DNA of 64,000 bases, taken from NCBI GenBank assembly GCA_050084985.1, contig JBITNC010000002.1, positions 4,650,001-4,714,000 on the forward strand, read 5' to 3'. The position numbers and the translations under genes were made by a program. The notes beneath the pieces are model-generated. The model saw only the letters and a program-made list of their open reading frames with translations. It was not told where the DNA came from and made no database searches. Source of the stretch: Nageia nagi. Lineage: Eukaryota > Plantae > Pinophyta. The first letter of the stretch is position 1. Every line of letters begins with the position of its first letter. Below, one piece after another: positions 1 to 14,899 of this stretch.

Positions 1-339
1 CAACATTCAACTTTGAGATCTAGGGTTAGAGGCCTTAATAGTGTGAACTTAACCTTAGAGGAGAAGTTTGAGATCTTGGAAGCATCAAATCTAGCCATTA
101 AGCCATACATTCAACTATTTTGGACATCATTACTTCATTTATTAGCTTTAAAGGATTTTATTTAGACCTAAAGGCCATTTGGATGTTTTCTACTTACTCA
201 TTATGTTAATAAATAATTCATATTTGATTCTTGGCATCCATACTTGGTGTTTTCTTGATTTTTATCGATGCAATTTTAGCAATTCCTATTTTTTATAACT
301 TAGAATATTACAAAGGCAAATATTGAAAGGTCTTACATA

Positions 340-3300
340 TGTATGATACTTTATATGTTCCAAAGTCGAAGAAAAATATGTTGAGCATTGATCATATGTG
401 TTAGAAGAACTAAAAAAAGAGTTCCACCATCAATAATAAGATCAATGTCCAAGTTATTACCATTATTATCATGTCTAAGAATAGAATGTACATGCCCAAA
501 ATGTAGCTAGTTATTTTCAAATGCCTAAAGACCACTCTTGATCCTACCTGGTTGTGGCATAAGAGGTACGGACACCTTAATTTCAACTCATTATATGGAA
601 TACACAAGCTCATGAAATGTATACCAACCTTTTTAAACCTACTAGATACTTTATGTGAGAGTTGCATATTCAAGAAACAACATAGAGAGAAATTTTCCCA
701 TCATTAACATAGATCCCAAAAGCCTTTAGATTTGATGCATTTCAACATATGTAGACCTATGCAGATTATGAGTACGACTAAGTGCATGTATATACTTATT
801 TTTACTAATGATCATTTTAGAATGAGTTGGTTGTATTTGTTATAGTCCAAGTCAAATTATTTTGACTCTTTTACCAAGTTCAAGGCCTTGGTAGAGAACC
901 AAATTAACTATCGCATTAAGAAGTTTTGCATTAATTATGATGGTGAATTCATTTACAATGAATTCAAATACTTTTGCAATAAATATGACATCAAATGGTA
1001 ATACACAATAGCGTATACTCCTTAGCAAAATGAAGTCATTGAGAGAAAGAACCAAACAATCATTGAGATGGCCCAATACATGTTGAGGGAGATGGGTATG
1101 GATAACAAATTATGAGGTGAAGCTATTCATACAATTATTTATATTTTGAATTATTGCCTAACAAAAATTATGCAATATTCAACCTTCTGAAAGGGTTGGT
1201 TTGTAAAAAAACCAAGTATTTCACACTCGAAGATCATTTGTTCTAAATATTATGTGCATATCCCTAAAGAGAAAAAGAAGAAGTTAGATTTGAAATACAT
1301 CAAGTGTATATTTATTGGATACTCTTATGATTTCAAAATCTATATATATTATGATCCAATCACCAATAAGTTTCACATCAGCTAAGATGTGATCTTCATT
1401 GAAGGCGAAGTATATCGGAAGGAGTCAGATGGGCTAGTCATCACTTGAGAGTTTGAAGACTCCAGCTTCAATGAACTTATTGAGACCTTATAGCCTAAAT
1501 AGTCTAACATCCATATCATGACATTGCCTTCCTACATAAGCAATGTGCATAAGAACAGAGTCATTATCCACACTCTTAGATGTTGGAGGATGATTTTGTT
1601 ATAAGAATGACACAACCAATCAAGGGGAGGTGATTATATCAACCACATGTTGGTGTCATATTCATTCATTGAGCCTACCAACTTCAAGGAAGCAACAATG
1701 AATGATGATTAGTAACAAGAAATGGAAGATGAGATTGATGAGATCTAGAAAAATAACTCTTGGAAGCTTATCCCCCTTCCAATGAACAATAATGTTATTA
1801 GCATCAAATATCTAAAAACTTACGTATAATGTTGATGACAACTTATCCAAGTACAAAGATCACCTAGTAGCGAAAGGCTATGTTTAGGAATAAGGCTTGG
1901 ACTACGAGGAGACATTTTCTCTCATAACAAAATTAAAGATAATCAGGTCTCTACCAACTCTAACATCATATTTTGATCTTACTATTTACCAAATGGATGT
2001 TAAATTAGCCTTCTTGAATGATAATCTAGAAGAATAAGTACAGGTGAATCAACCCCAAGGGTTCATAATTGTTGGCCATGAAGATAAATTGTATAGGTCA
2101 AAGAAAGCTATTTACAGGCTTAAGTAAGCACCTAGAGCATGAAACTATAGAATTGACACATATTTCCACTATAATAGTTATTAAAGAGGTGTTCAACATA
2201 AGCAACTCTATACAAAAAGGTATTCAGACTTTAATTCACCATCATATATTTGTACATTGATGATATTATCTTTATGAGCACTTCCACTTCCATGTTGCAA
2301 TAATTGAAAGTTGCCATGGTGAATGAAATTGAAATGAGTGATCTATAAAAAATGCAATACTTTATAGGATGTATGTAAGTTCATTAGTCATCTAGTAACA
2401 ACTTCATTACTCAATCCAAGTATATTGATGACATGCTTTCTAAGTTCACCATGAAGGATTTTAAATCAATTATTACACCAGCAATCATCCGTAATAAAAT
2501 AATGGAAGAGGATTCCTCTCCTCTTGTTGATGCAACCTTGCATAGGCTACTTATCGGTAGTATGATGTATATCACACCTATGTGACTTGAAATCATGTTT
2601 GCATTCAGTTTAGTAGCTCGATTTATGCATTGTCCACATGAATCCCATTGGAAAGTGGCCAAGAGAATTCTTTGCTACATGGGTGGAACTTAGAAATTTG
2701 GCCTATGTTATAAAACTACTAATTTTGAAGATTTAGTAACATACAAATATTAAAATTGGGCAAGAAGCCTTGATAATAGAAAGAGCACATCTAAGTATGC
2801 CTTCTTCTTTAATGAATCATTAATCTCATGGATCAGCAAGAAGCAACAAAGAGTTGTTTTATCCATTGCAATACAAGAATATATGGTTGCCTCCTTTGCT
2901 TGCACTAAAGCCATTTAAATGGTAATATTGTTTGAATACTTGGGTATGGAGATTTCCCAATCTATCAAAATCCACTATGACATTGCCAACACCATCATTA
3001 TGATTAAGAACCTTGTGTTTCATAACAAGAGCAAGCATATTGATATTTAACATCATTTTATGTGATAGTTAGTGTAATATGGATCCATTGAGTTCAAATA
3101 TTGCAAGTCTAAAATCATCATACATACATATTCGTTAAACCATAGGTGACCAACTGATTTCTTCATCTCAAATACTAAATAGATATACAGACCATTGAAA
3201 TTTTGGGGGGAAATGAAAGATTGTAATATTTCATGGTTTATAATCATTTTGAGATGCAATATCAAAAATCTAATTATTGAAAGTAAAATCTACTATGATT

Positions 3301-3524
3301 CTAGGTGTTACAGTAGGCAAATATAGGCATAACAAATTTATTTTGTGCATTTGTTCTTGGTAATGTCAAAAGCTTAGAAAGTACATAGCCTTAATATATA
3401 GTCTCCCCTAACACATATTTCTCATCCATCATATTTACTTAGACAATGCTTCAAGGCTAAATTCCATTGTATATTTATGGGCAGTCAAAGAAAGTTTTGA
3501 GACCCTTGAAAAGTGAATTTTATC
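340..3524 (+). mobile_element. Degenerate Ty1/copia pol (protease end, GAG-pre-integrase, integrase, RT, RNase H) with PPT and probable 3' LTR
   Basis: Broken + strand motifs in copia order: YVPKSKKNMLSI (~355), LWHKRYGHLNF (~550), DLMHFNICRPMQ (~730), ERKNQTIIEMA (~1040), LVAKGY..GLDYEETFS (~1865), QMDVKLAFLN (~1990), RKSTSKYAFF (~2780), VFHNKSKHIDI (~3015). Purine tract GGGGGGAAA at ~3204 is followed by TGAAAG; a possible LTR end ...TTTATCA lies at ~3524. Many stops and frameshifts. Confidence 0.9.
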
Positions 3525-4399
3525 AATTTGCATATAGCTCTATCTCCTAAATAACTTGGCATTTTAAACCATGGTATTTGTTATACCCCTCTTTATTTTT
3601 ATGATAAATGAACACTTTTTCTCCTCTTTATTACCATTTATCTAATTAATTTATTCTTATAAGTTCATTGTGTATAATTTTTCTATTTTAATTATATTTA
3701 CAATACGTAAAATATGAGATAAAAGATTTTAACTATAGAAAGGAAGAAGATACATTATATTTATTAGTTCATGCTCTTTGTTTCCTTCCATGTAAGCTAC
3801 CCCCACATTGGCACACCAGGCCCATGGGACCCTCACATTAGCATACTAGGCCAATATGACCCCCATGTTGGCATGGTTGACCTGATTACAACTAAGGTTG
3901 GCTCTATTTTGCAGCCCTAAGGATCGGCACTCCTCTCTTGCACAACCAAATCCACTCTCAATGGCTTATACAATCTTTAACAACCTCAAATGAAGTTCAT
4001 CAACCTCCCATAAGTCCCCAAGGAAGGTATTTTATTCAAAACTGACCCCTATTCACTTGAAACAACTCTTATACTTTTTAAACAACTTCAAAAATAGCCA
4101 AAACCACTTAAACTTACTTGAAACCTATTTTTTTCACTCAATTTTGAAGCTGAGCTTATGATTGTCACTAACAGGTCAAGTAGACACTCGAGTACTCATT
4201 GGGTATTTATTGGGTAATGGTTGGGTAGTTAGGTCAAAGTTTGGGTCTCATCTAATGTTAGCATTTCAATTATTGAGTAATACTTGCTCCCTAGAAGACA
4301 AATTGACATATTGTAATGCCAAATTGGCCAAATAAAAAATTTGACTTCCAAATTCCTCAATTTTCCCAGCATGGGTGCTCAAGCTAGCATTGACCCTTA

Positions 4400-7300
4400 A
4401 CAATCAATTTCCATGAAAGATAGGGTTGACCAAAACTAAGTAAATGAAGGTCAAATCTTCAACAAAGGTAGGTATGCATACATGTGATGGAAAGATCACT
4501 TTGAAATCTATCCAATGATATGACATTTGTCTTAATTGAATACCTACAAAAAAATGTATAGCCTCCAGAGTATTCCAAATTGCCACACAAAAAGGCTTCC
4601 ATAATTATAATTGATCTATGGAATAGTCATTGCACAAAGGATAAGAATATAAATATTAAGAAAAATGTTAATGCAACAATGATTTGCGGTGATAATCATA
4701 TTCACATGGGTGATTTCTGATGCTAACTCAACCATGTTAACACTTTACAACTCTAATTTTGCTTCGAACTCTTCATCATTATTGTAAGATACCAAATTCT
4801 TTTGATTTTCCTTCTTTATTCCTAGGCTACTCTTACCTTCATTTGAATCAAACATCTTTGTAGGTATGTCTTCAATTCTTTTCTCATCTCTACCAAGATC
4901 TTTATCTTTGTATCTTCTATATTCCATGTATTGTGGTATCAAGGGTGCATGATACCTCATTCATCTAGTTTTCTTATTAACTTTTACATAGGTTGCCACT
5001 TTGCAATTATATGTATCTGATTTTGACTCTGATGTTAAAGTTTTGGTATTGTATAATATCATCTTGACATTATCTTCTTCTTATTCAGACTAATCTTAAC
5101 TACATTTGCAACAATGAGGGTAGCGCAAGCATGGATATGGGTGTGGGTGTGGGTGTTGATGTTGGTACAAATGCTAGTTGTCCTAAATTTTTGGATGTTT
5201 ACCCAATTATTTGATATCTTCTTTGATTATTTTTTGACTGATGGTGTATGTTCCAACACCTATTTATTTATACAACTTCATAGTATCATTATCTTCTTCA
5301 TCTTCCTCTTCATCATTGTCCTCATAGATTTCAACCTTTCTATATGGGACTATGGTGTTCTCAACTTGTGCAATCATGTTTGAATTTTCATCCACTGCTT
5401 CAACTACATATACTTGTCCATCATGGTTAAACTTAATTAATCTATGTAATGTAGATGGTATGCACCTCATAGGATGTATCCATGGTATCCCAAGGAGGAT
5501 GTCATAAGGAAGCTTCTTGTCTAGCACATAGGTGATAACTTCCACTATGTTTGGTCCTAACTGAATAGGTATCATGATATGTTCAGTACATGCTTTGCTA
5601 TCGCTATCATAGCTTATGATCTTGTACTTCTTTCCTACAAATTTTGGTATCAACTTATCGCCAAACTTCTTAAGTAAATGAAGCAAATGTTCCAAACTGT
5701 ATGAACATCTACAAATGCATGCTTGATATTTTTCCTAGTAGCTTTACACATATATGGATTGGTAAGTATTTATCAATGATATCATCACTAAGAATTTCAT
5801 CATCAATAAATATGATAGCATTCTTGAAACAACTAATCATTCCTACTAATGATTTAGTATAAATATTTGTATCAGCATTAATGCCATTAAGAAGCTCAAA
5901 TGATGCTAGTCTATGCTTTTTAAATATCTCAAATAATTCAAACAAGCTAATTTTGACATTTGTATTTTTAAGATTTTGCAAGATATTATTTTTGCATTTA
6001 TCTTTCCTTTTTTCCTTAAGAGAAGATTTAGAAGGTACCTCTTTTGAAGCAAAAATCAGGTTATGAATACCTTTTTTTGATCGTGTGGTTGTATTACATA
6101 TTTATTCTAAATCTAATCTTGCATATGAGTCTACTTTTGCACTAAATTCATCATCAAACTCAATAAGTTCACCATTTTCATCATAATCAATCATGTTCAT
6201 CATACTAACGAAAGGTAGGTCTTGATTTTTGATTGCAAGTACATCATTTTCATATGACACTATACCACTAGCCAACAAATATTTTAACTTCTTTATCAAA
6301 ACATAGCAAGCTATTGCATTGTGCCCTTTGTTTTGATAATATTTGCAAAATTGATTTTCCCTATTCCAACTAAGTTTTTTATCATTAGATACATACTCCT
6401 TTCCTTGAATTCGTTTGATTAAACCCTTATTTAGGCAATCTTCAAACATTTGGTTAGGGTTTATGGGCAATGGATATGTATCTTTGACTAATTTTCTATC
6501 TTTAGGTTTATTTTGGTGAGATGGTTCAACAACATTAACTGAATTATCATCTTTTTTGTTATAGGGCTTCCTACCATTGTCTTTATTAGAGGATGATGTA
6601 TACTTGAGAAAATTAGACCTTTCTAAGAACTCTTCTTTCTCAATAAGAAAATGAACCATTAACATGCTCAGTCCCTTTTTCACCAAGTATAGGATGAATA
6701 TTTTCAAGAAATACCTTTGCAATAAAGGTCTCCTCCATCGTTTATTCAATGGACCCCCAAAGCTTGATGAATCTAGGAGTGATTTTATCCAACCTCCCCA
6801 TTTGGTCTTGTTTGCAAGGGATCAAATTTATCAAATCAACTAGTTTCTTCATATTTCATCTAAAGTAAGCTTTGAATTAATTCTCCAATTTTTGATAAAA
6901 TGTTATAGAACCTTGTTCCAAGCTATGAAACCGCTTGCATGTTTCACTTGTTAAACTCATAGGAAAATATTTCACATTTTAAATGCTCATTAACACCACA
7001 TTTAAGCTCCATAATGTATTCAAAATCCTGAAGATGAGTAATAGGATTGGTCTCACCATTTAACTTTTTGAATTTAGGATCCTTATCTATACTAATGAGT
7101 ATATTCTGAATCTCCATGCTTGATGGTTTACTCTTATTCTTTGTTTGATTTGTATGAAATTTGAATTTACTCCTAAGTTGTGCAACCTAAGACTCAAAAC
7201 ACCTAAAATATTTTTTGGTGAAGGTTCATGAATTGGATACATGATTCCCAACATTCATGCTACTATTAGCATTCATGTTGATGTGCATATCCGTGCTAGT

Positions 7301-8538
7301 TTGAGTGATAATCTAGACTACCGATGTAGATGCTTTCATAATAAGAGCTTAAAACTTAGGCATTTCCATTAGTTTGGTCAAGACTTTAGGAGTTATATTT
7401 ATCATTTCTATCACTCTCACAAAATCTAAATCAAAAGCAACTAAGAATCCTAGGGTTCTTAATGTAAAATATGGGTAGGTTTGAAAGCACTTATATTCTA
7501 TCCCTAATTTAGAGAAATAAAATGCTATAAATGGTGGGCACCAATATGTTGATATGTATTTTAGTATCACCCAAGGTTTTACTCTAAATGAACTAAAAGT
7601 ACATAAATATTTATTGTATGATAAACCTTAGCTAAATAACTCATATAAGCATACATGAATAAGGGAATTCAATAGTGCAGTAACAAAATAACAAAATTAC
7701 ATTGATATAAAAATGTAAAACATAATCAGATACACTAAAGAGAGAGGAATCAAGTGAAAGATAAATACTTGTGTGTCCTTACATGTGTCGATGTCAAGTA
7801 TATGACGGATGAACTTATCAAAGAGAGGTGACCTTGTTATGCAAACCCCAAGGCCAATTGTAGAATAAATGCTAGCACAGATGTTAGTCTCTAAAAGCTC
7901 AATGCAGGCATAGATGGTAGCATGAGCATGAACGTTCCTAAAGAATAAGGTTTTCCAATAAGTATCGATGATAATAGAGATGATGAGAAGTTGAATCGAG
8001 CATATGATCATAGAAATAGATGACAAATATTTGCTCAAGTGATAACAAGATTCTAGTATCAATAGGCAACATTTAGAAATACCCAAGTGTAGGGTACCAA
8101 CTATCGAGGTGTAATCTTTACATGCTTTCCCAAGGTTAAAGATACTTACATTTATATCAAGTGTGATTTACCATTTGATTCCTTGAATATTAGTCGAAGT
8201 CATCTCGATGTACTTAACATAAAACATAAGAACACAACCTAAGAAATATGTGATAATAAGGTAAAATACTACTAAAATATGATTAAATGTGTATGTTAAG
8301 TTACACCTAAGGGGGACCGTGTTAAGGGGACCACTTTTAGGTATTAGCAATAGGTAACAAGTCTAGTGCTAAGGTTACTCATGCTTATGGTGATGTTGGA
8401 TTGAGCTGTTATCATAAAACATAAAGGTAGATGATAGCGCAAAGTGATAAGAGTATTTATTTAATCAAATAAATAAATCATTTCAAATACCTAAAAGGGA
8501 ATTTTAATTAAATCAAAATTCTTTTTTAAGTATTAAAA
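4400..8538 (-). mobile_element. Degenerate Ty3/gypsy (Tat-like) 5' portion: 5' LTR, tRNA-Lys PBS, gag and aspartic protease
   Basis: Gag motif FKKLNGETNPITHLQDF at ~7020-7075, Zn-knuckle-like FCKYYQNKGHNAIAC in ORF 6102-6749, retropepsin-like YDILLGIPWIH in ORF 5264-5695. PBS at 7531-7543 lies 3 nt from the LTR terminus at 7547. The LTR runs to about 8538. Confidence 0.8.
7531..7543 (-). promoter_or_regulatory. Primer-binding site complementary to tRNA-Lys (CpG-decayed)
   Basis: Minus strand reads ...ATCAACA-TAT-TGGTGCCCACCAT. The plant tRNA-Lys(CUU) PBS is TGGCGCCCACCGT, and the two differences are both CpG transitions. Confidence 0.7.
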
Positions 8539-8539
8539 A

Positions 8540-9900
8540 TATTCATATCATGCTTATCATTGAATATTTTTCATATGATGCTTGTCATATCATATTTTTT
8601 ATATCAAGCTTACCATTGGTATTTATATAAGGGAGGGACATTATTATCATTGATCTCTCTATAAGGGAGGAACATTCTTATCAAATATCTCTCCAAAGGG
8701 TGGGGCATAGCTATCAAAATCCATGGAAACATGATTGCTTATGAGGATTGAGCTGAACACTTTGCTACACTCTAGGTATATCACATAAATTGGTAAGCCC
8801 TCATCATTAAGTTGAGGTAGCAAGTCCTTCTTAACCGAACGTAACTTACTATTATACTCTTGGTGGGTAAGACACCAAGGACAAGTTTGGTATATTATCC
8901 TTTCATGATCTACATATCATGTGATGTTTAATGTCTATATTTGAGATATATTATGCAAAACATTTTTTGTTTAATATAATTACAAGTTTCTTTGTTTTTA
9001 CCTTGGGTTGCTCCTATGATGAGAGGTCCATCATGTCATAACCAACTCAAAGAGGGGGCACAATATTAGTGTAAATAGGGGCATCCAAAGCTATCTTCAT
9101 GAATAAAATTTTTAGTGAGTATTTTCTTATTTATTTTGTTATACTTTCAATTTATGCTTTGATTTTCTTTCTTTCCAAAAGTATCAAATCATATTCAAAG
9201 TGGGGCATCTGTTAACACATAAAAAGGAATTTTAATTTAATTAAAATACCCCTTTTATATATTTGTAATAATTTATTTATTTAATTGATTTATTACTCTT
9301 ATCATTATGCACAGTCATATACCTTTATATTTTATGATAATAGGTCAACCCACATCACCATAAACCTAAGAAGGAGTCTTGACACTAGACCTACTATCTA
9401 TAAAGGTGAAAGAGTTGTGCATGATAAATCATAATATTTATTGAATCCTTGATATGTGATAATATACTTGTGTCATTCTTGATTGGTGTTTCTTAATACC
9501 ATATATCATATCTAGATTTTGTTATTCATTGAGCTCTGCATTCGTATGATCTTTCAAATTCATCACACATAATATTTTGAGCTTTAAAGGGATATTGATG
9601 ACATCGAGCAAAAGGGAAAGGTAATCTAGAATGGTAACCAAGCGACACTGCTGGGATCCTAGCATCGTTGTTGGGTTGAGGTTAGTTTGGTGGATCTTCA
9701 AGTCAAGAAAGCTCATCATTTATCACCTTTGAGTCACATATCACCTAAGTTCATCGTTACAAGTAAATTATAGGTTTGTATCTTTCATTAATCCATGTTT
9801 TACAGGTCAATTTCAATTAGTTCATTATCATCTTATGTGTTACGACTATTTATTGTTATTTAATTATCAATTGGTTAAATTGAATATTTTAAATATCCTT
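8540..9900 (+). mobile_element. 3' end of a Tat/Ogre-like gypsy element: short tandem repeats in the 3' UTR, PPT, and LTR starting at 9210
   Basis: PPT AAAGTGGGGC (~9197-9206) is followed by TGTTAAC at 9210. The first ~190 bp of this LTR is homologous to the reverse complement of 8350-8538. Short repeats (TCATATCATGCTT..., ATAAGGGAGG.ACATT) occur at 8543-8700. The right LTR boundary is uncertain. Confidence 0.6.
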
Positions 9901-10099
9901 AATTAATTATTACTTTAGTTATAAAAGAAACCATAGGAAGATGGTTGACTTTTGAGAAATTCCTTGAAAGGAATGGTATTATATCCCTTTACATTATATA
10001 GGTGATGACTAAGCATGGTAAGTATTGCCTAGGGAATCTTTAATACATAAGTGATATATACAGTATTAGAAGTTTTTTATGTGATACATAAGTATGAAT

Positions 10100-13000
10100 T
10101 TTATGTTATGATTATTGAATAGGCAACTTACATCATTGAGTGACTAATTTATATGCTTGTCTTTTGTGCTTATATTTTGTATAGTCATTAGGGTTGATCA
10201 AGAATGATTACTTAGCCTTAGAAAAATGAGGTTTGAGTATTCTTCTTGCCTCCACCACATATATAGTAATCTACACTCTTTCTTAAGATAGAATATGGTG
10301 TATTCCATTCATAATGTATCATTGGTATAAAAGTTTATATCTTATTAGAAATGCATGAGTCTTAGGAGAATAGTATTCATTAAGAAACACCATTGGTGAC
10401 TATCCCAATATCATTCAAATATATTGTTTATCATCTCTCATGAGTCATTTACATTGCCAATGGGGAGTTGATTTATATACTAGTCTTCTCAGGAGAACAT
10501 GAATAATTAAGATAAATTACTCAATGGATAGAATTTAAATTATCAATCTTTATAAGAGATGATATTTTTATTTTAGTTAAGAGGACTATTAATATCGGTT
10601 AAACATGGTATGTTTAAGCTAACCATGAAATGTTAAACTTGGAAAAAGGGTATTAGTAAGCCTTTGATGGGATGATATTGATGCCATATTAAAGATAGAA
10701 CTTTAAGATACTTTTAATGCAAGGATTCATATATAAGAGAACCTACAAGGTGGGTTAGGAACTCACCTTGTCCATTGGACATGATCAAGTAAAGGTGGTC
10801 ATCCCTAGTTGAGTAGGACTAAGAGGGTCAAGCATGACTTATTTACAACATGTTGGTGGTGAGACATTTCTCTAATATAGTTAATGGAAGTGTTGGTAAT
10901 GAAGTTGCATATTCATTATTGAAATGCTCATAAATCAAATCCAAGATAGTGGTAATTATCTTGATGAACATTAAGCATATTTAGATACATCAATAGTCTA
11001 GGCACACACTATTGTCGATATTGAATGATGCTAAGGTATAGGGCCTAGCGTGAAAATTAAGATAATGGGATAATGTAATTGAGAATCAAATCCTGGTATA
11101 AATGCTTTGAGCTAATTATTCTATGTCATAGGTTGAATAAAAAATTGAGAAGGTCACATATAGAAATAAGCATCTTCTAAAGTAAATGTTGGAAGAAAAC
11201 CCCAAGACTAGGAAGGTTGGCCACCTTATAACACCTTGGATGGTCATATGTAATCACTTGGAACCAATGGGAGTGCATCAATATTGTAATGTGATATTAG
11301 TTCTCAAATATTTCTACCTTTTAAACTCATGTAATTCTTGGATACGAAAAAATTTTACTATGGAAGAAAAAGATGTACCTCCAAGGTATGAATGATTAGA
11401 GACAATATTTATGAGATAATTACTTGAAAATTTGAGTAGTATAGATAATTATTATAAGGTTCATGAGAAAATAGATCATATAATGACTTTATGTTTTGAA
11501 AGACTAGGCTATGTCTAGAAGATTTGTTAGGAAGGGAAAGAGGAAACTAAATTTTTAAAAATATATTGCCTTAATAGAGGAGTAAAATATTTTCCTTTCT
11601 AAGGAAATGTTTTATGATATAAATTTGAATTATAGATTAGAAATTACCTATCCTTTTAATAAGAGATAGTTGAAATAAGCCTTAAGGAAGCTAAGCTCTA
11701 AGGAGGTAAAGATAAGAATCATGAGAGATAAAATGAGTACTGAAGTGTTGCATCAAAAATTGATAGAAACATTCTTATGTGAGAAAATGGATAAGAATTA
11801 ATATATATCTTCTTATGATCATGTAATGATGTTATTCAAGGAAAGAAAAGTACTCTCTCTTTGAATCCTTTTGGGACTCACATATCAAAGGGGATATCGA
11901 GCCCTATGATCCTCTCTCTAGTTAATTCAATGTCAAGGAGGATTGTTGGAATTGAATGAGGGTGGTGAGTAAAAAGAACTATACAAACTTTCACCTTAAC
12001 TTTCACTCATCAAGAGGGATGATTAAGTCCTATTTAAGAAAAATCTTTCAACACTTGAACTATAATTTTGAAGGTATGAGAGATCCTATTGTATTCTTAT
12101 AAGTTTTTATGAATCTATATTTTGATATGATATTTTATGAGTAGATTTTGAGAAAAATATGTACCTCCTTATGAAAATTATTACATTAAATACATTTTAT
12201 TATTGAAGTTCCAAAGCAAATGAAGAGATATGGATGAATAATTTGGGGGACTCACATACCGAGAGGATATTGGGTCTTATTGAGAGGCAATATAGGCCCT
12301 CCCAAATCATTCCACTCAAATTTACAAGGAGTTTAGGATATAGTTAGAATGTGATCTTAGAAATATTTTTTGAGAATTGAGGGAACACCCTCACCTTTAA
12401 ATTTCATACATTAAGAGTGATGATGAAGTCTAAAATACAAATTCTTAAAATTATATAAAAGAAGTATAGATAATTATACTTTCTCTTCAAAAATTTTGAG
12501 GATGGCTTATATAAAGAAACTAATGAATAAATAGAAGTATTATAATGAAATTTTATTTTCATTATTAATCATTAACTATGATTGAATATGTTAGCATTTA
12601 TAAAGATGATGATCTAACTACAAGGAATTGTGTTTAGTCCAAGGGGGGTAGTATGTGACAACTAATTTTGAGACCATTTTTTATTATTACATTTACAATA
12701 ATAAGTTATCTTGAAGGCATATTATTTTAAGGCTTATATGATTGGACTAATGATAATTATGCTAAGTTAAAGGCCTTGCAGGATAAGCATAAGGTACCTT
12801 ATACTCGAGAAGGGGTTCAACTCATAGTGATCTCTCTTACCCTAAGTATTTTGTATGTTTTGTAGTAATTATATTGAGTATATAAATAATAAATATGTTA
12901 CTAACATAGTTATTATTATATGCTTAAGAAATAAAATTAGTGGTGGCTATTTAAGTAATGATTATGTGGGTGACATATCTATTCCTTCTTGAGTAGTTTA

Positions 13001-13752
13001 GATAAATATGTTTAAAATATATTTATCTCACCTTTTGAATATATAATTAAAGAGATGATACTTGCCAAATTTATATTTTTGTATGATTGGAGGACTTGCT
13101 AAGTTAGGATAAGGCATCTTCAATCAATTTATATATTTGAACTTTAGCAAGACAAGGGTATAATAATTATCTTGTTAATTATTTGTAAAGGGTTGTCCTC
13201 TTCTCAAAGGAATATGAGAAGGAGCAAAAGTTGATAGCTTTGACTTTTCATTTACCCTCTTTAGTTTTTGAGAATGAGCTAGGGTTTTAAATTAAAAGGT
13301 GGGGATATCTTCCGAGATTGAATACTTCCTATGGGATTTTGCTACTATTATGGAGAGTTACTTAATTGTGGAAAGGAACTTGTAAAGCCCACACAGATTA
13401 CCATTCAAATCCAAGTGAAGGGTTCATATATCTTAACCAAGCTTGGGGGATGATTCATGTAGGAACTCTATGATTGGGTGGTTAATAGTTGGCTCTACCA
13501 CATTTGCATGCCTTGGGGATATTTAGGAGGTTCTTTGGATGATATTCCAGAGGGAGGCAAGCATGTGTTGTTTCAAATCCATGAGTATCCTCTTCAATAA
13601 ATTGAGTATTATGTGAATATTATATTGAATCCTATATTTTGGAAATAATTTGAATTTACAATGGGCCCTTGGTCGAATGCATTTAGTTTATCTCTTTTTT
13701 CTTGAGTTTATTTGCAAAAAAAAAAATAGTTGAAAAAATTGGGGTTGTTATA
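10100..13752 (+). mobile_element. Degenerate gypsy (probably chromovirus-type) 3' region, PPT and ~1.1 kb 3' LTR (12654-13752)
   Basis: Integrase-end-like FEYSSCLHH..SNLHSF at ~10230 and a chromodomain-like ILDTKK segment at ~11335. PPT AAGGGGGGTAGTA (12641-12653) is followed by TGTGACAAC, with an inverted terminus GTTGTTATA ending at 13752. Confidence 0.6.
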
Positions 13753-14899
13753 GTTATGCAACCAATAGATTAATTAAATAAAGAGTTTCAAATTAAAATT
13801 ATAATATTAAAGAAAATTTTGGAAAATGGAGCATTTAGTAACATATCTAAAATTCAACAACATCAAATAATTGATCATTTTGAAAAATAATGGAAAAAGG
13901 CATAAAAATAGACAAGACCATTTGAATGCTTAAATAAGGAGGAAAGAAGCATTGAATATAAAAAAATCAAGCTAATGAAGATAAAGAAAAAATCATAGGA
14001 TTTGTATAAAGTATTATAAAATGGAAGCATTAAGATATAAGAAGAAAATTAAAGAGGATTTCAAAAAAAGGAAGGCAATAAAGTTCAATCAATTCATTCT
14101 CAAAGCACAAAATAGGTTCCAAAGAAAATTCAACAACATGGTAAGATTTATGTAGATGTTTTAAAAATCCAATAATGATTCATGATACCCATTTTAGTTC
14201 ATGTAGGTTAGGATTACATTTTCATTCTAGTTGTATTAGTTGCATATCAGGTTATGTTTATGTTTTCACCATGTATGATGTATTTTTTGATGTTCATATT
14301 CATGTTTTGTGTTACATAATTTATATTTGATATTATCCTTTTATTTGTGATTATGTTTTATATGTAATCTATTTTATGGTGTGTCTCAAGTAGAAGAGTC
14401 CAATCGATTATTTGATAAGAAAGGCTTTTAGTTTTGATATGATAATATTAAATGTGTTTTAGATCAATGCATTGATGATTTTGTCCTAGAATTGAGAAAT
14501 AGTTTTAGGAATGATAAATTTTGAAAAGTTGTGAGAGATGAAAAAGAGTAGAAAAGTTAGATTTTATCATAAATAAAAGTTAAAAATAAATCAAGGAGTC
14601 AAGATAAATTTGTTAGTCAAACTTGATGAAAATTAGGAGCACGTAGATATGCAATATCATATGACATCTTTATATAATTTCTTAAAAGTGATAATCATTT
14701 AGGTATATTCATGTATTTTGATGATTATTACTAATGATTTTAAATAATTTAAGATTTTTTTTTAGGATGACAAAGAGATTTTTAAAAAAGTCAAAAATTT
14801 TCCAAGTTGCAAAAGTGGTAAAAAGTCAACATTTTTGGCTAAAATCTCCAAGTAACTTGAATACCAAGTATGCATAATTGTTTTAATTTTGTTCATAAA

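Noticed and set aside
1-338. Probable LTR 3' end (...GGTCTTACA) of an element nested in the first copia
   Set aside because: Plausible, but the partner LTR and TSD are outside the window, so it is not listed as a feature.
5114-5383. Hydrophobic + strand ORF with WVWVWV and telomere-like GGGTGT repeats
   Set aside because: Antisense shadow of the low-complexity Pro/Thr and acidic region of the - strand gypsy polyprotein.
11870-12432. ~370 bp-period degenerate duplication inside the gypsy 3' region
   Set aside because: Only patchy similarity is visible, and such repeats are ordinary in retrotransposon 3' UTRs.
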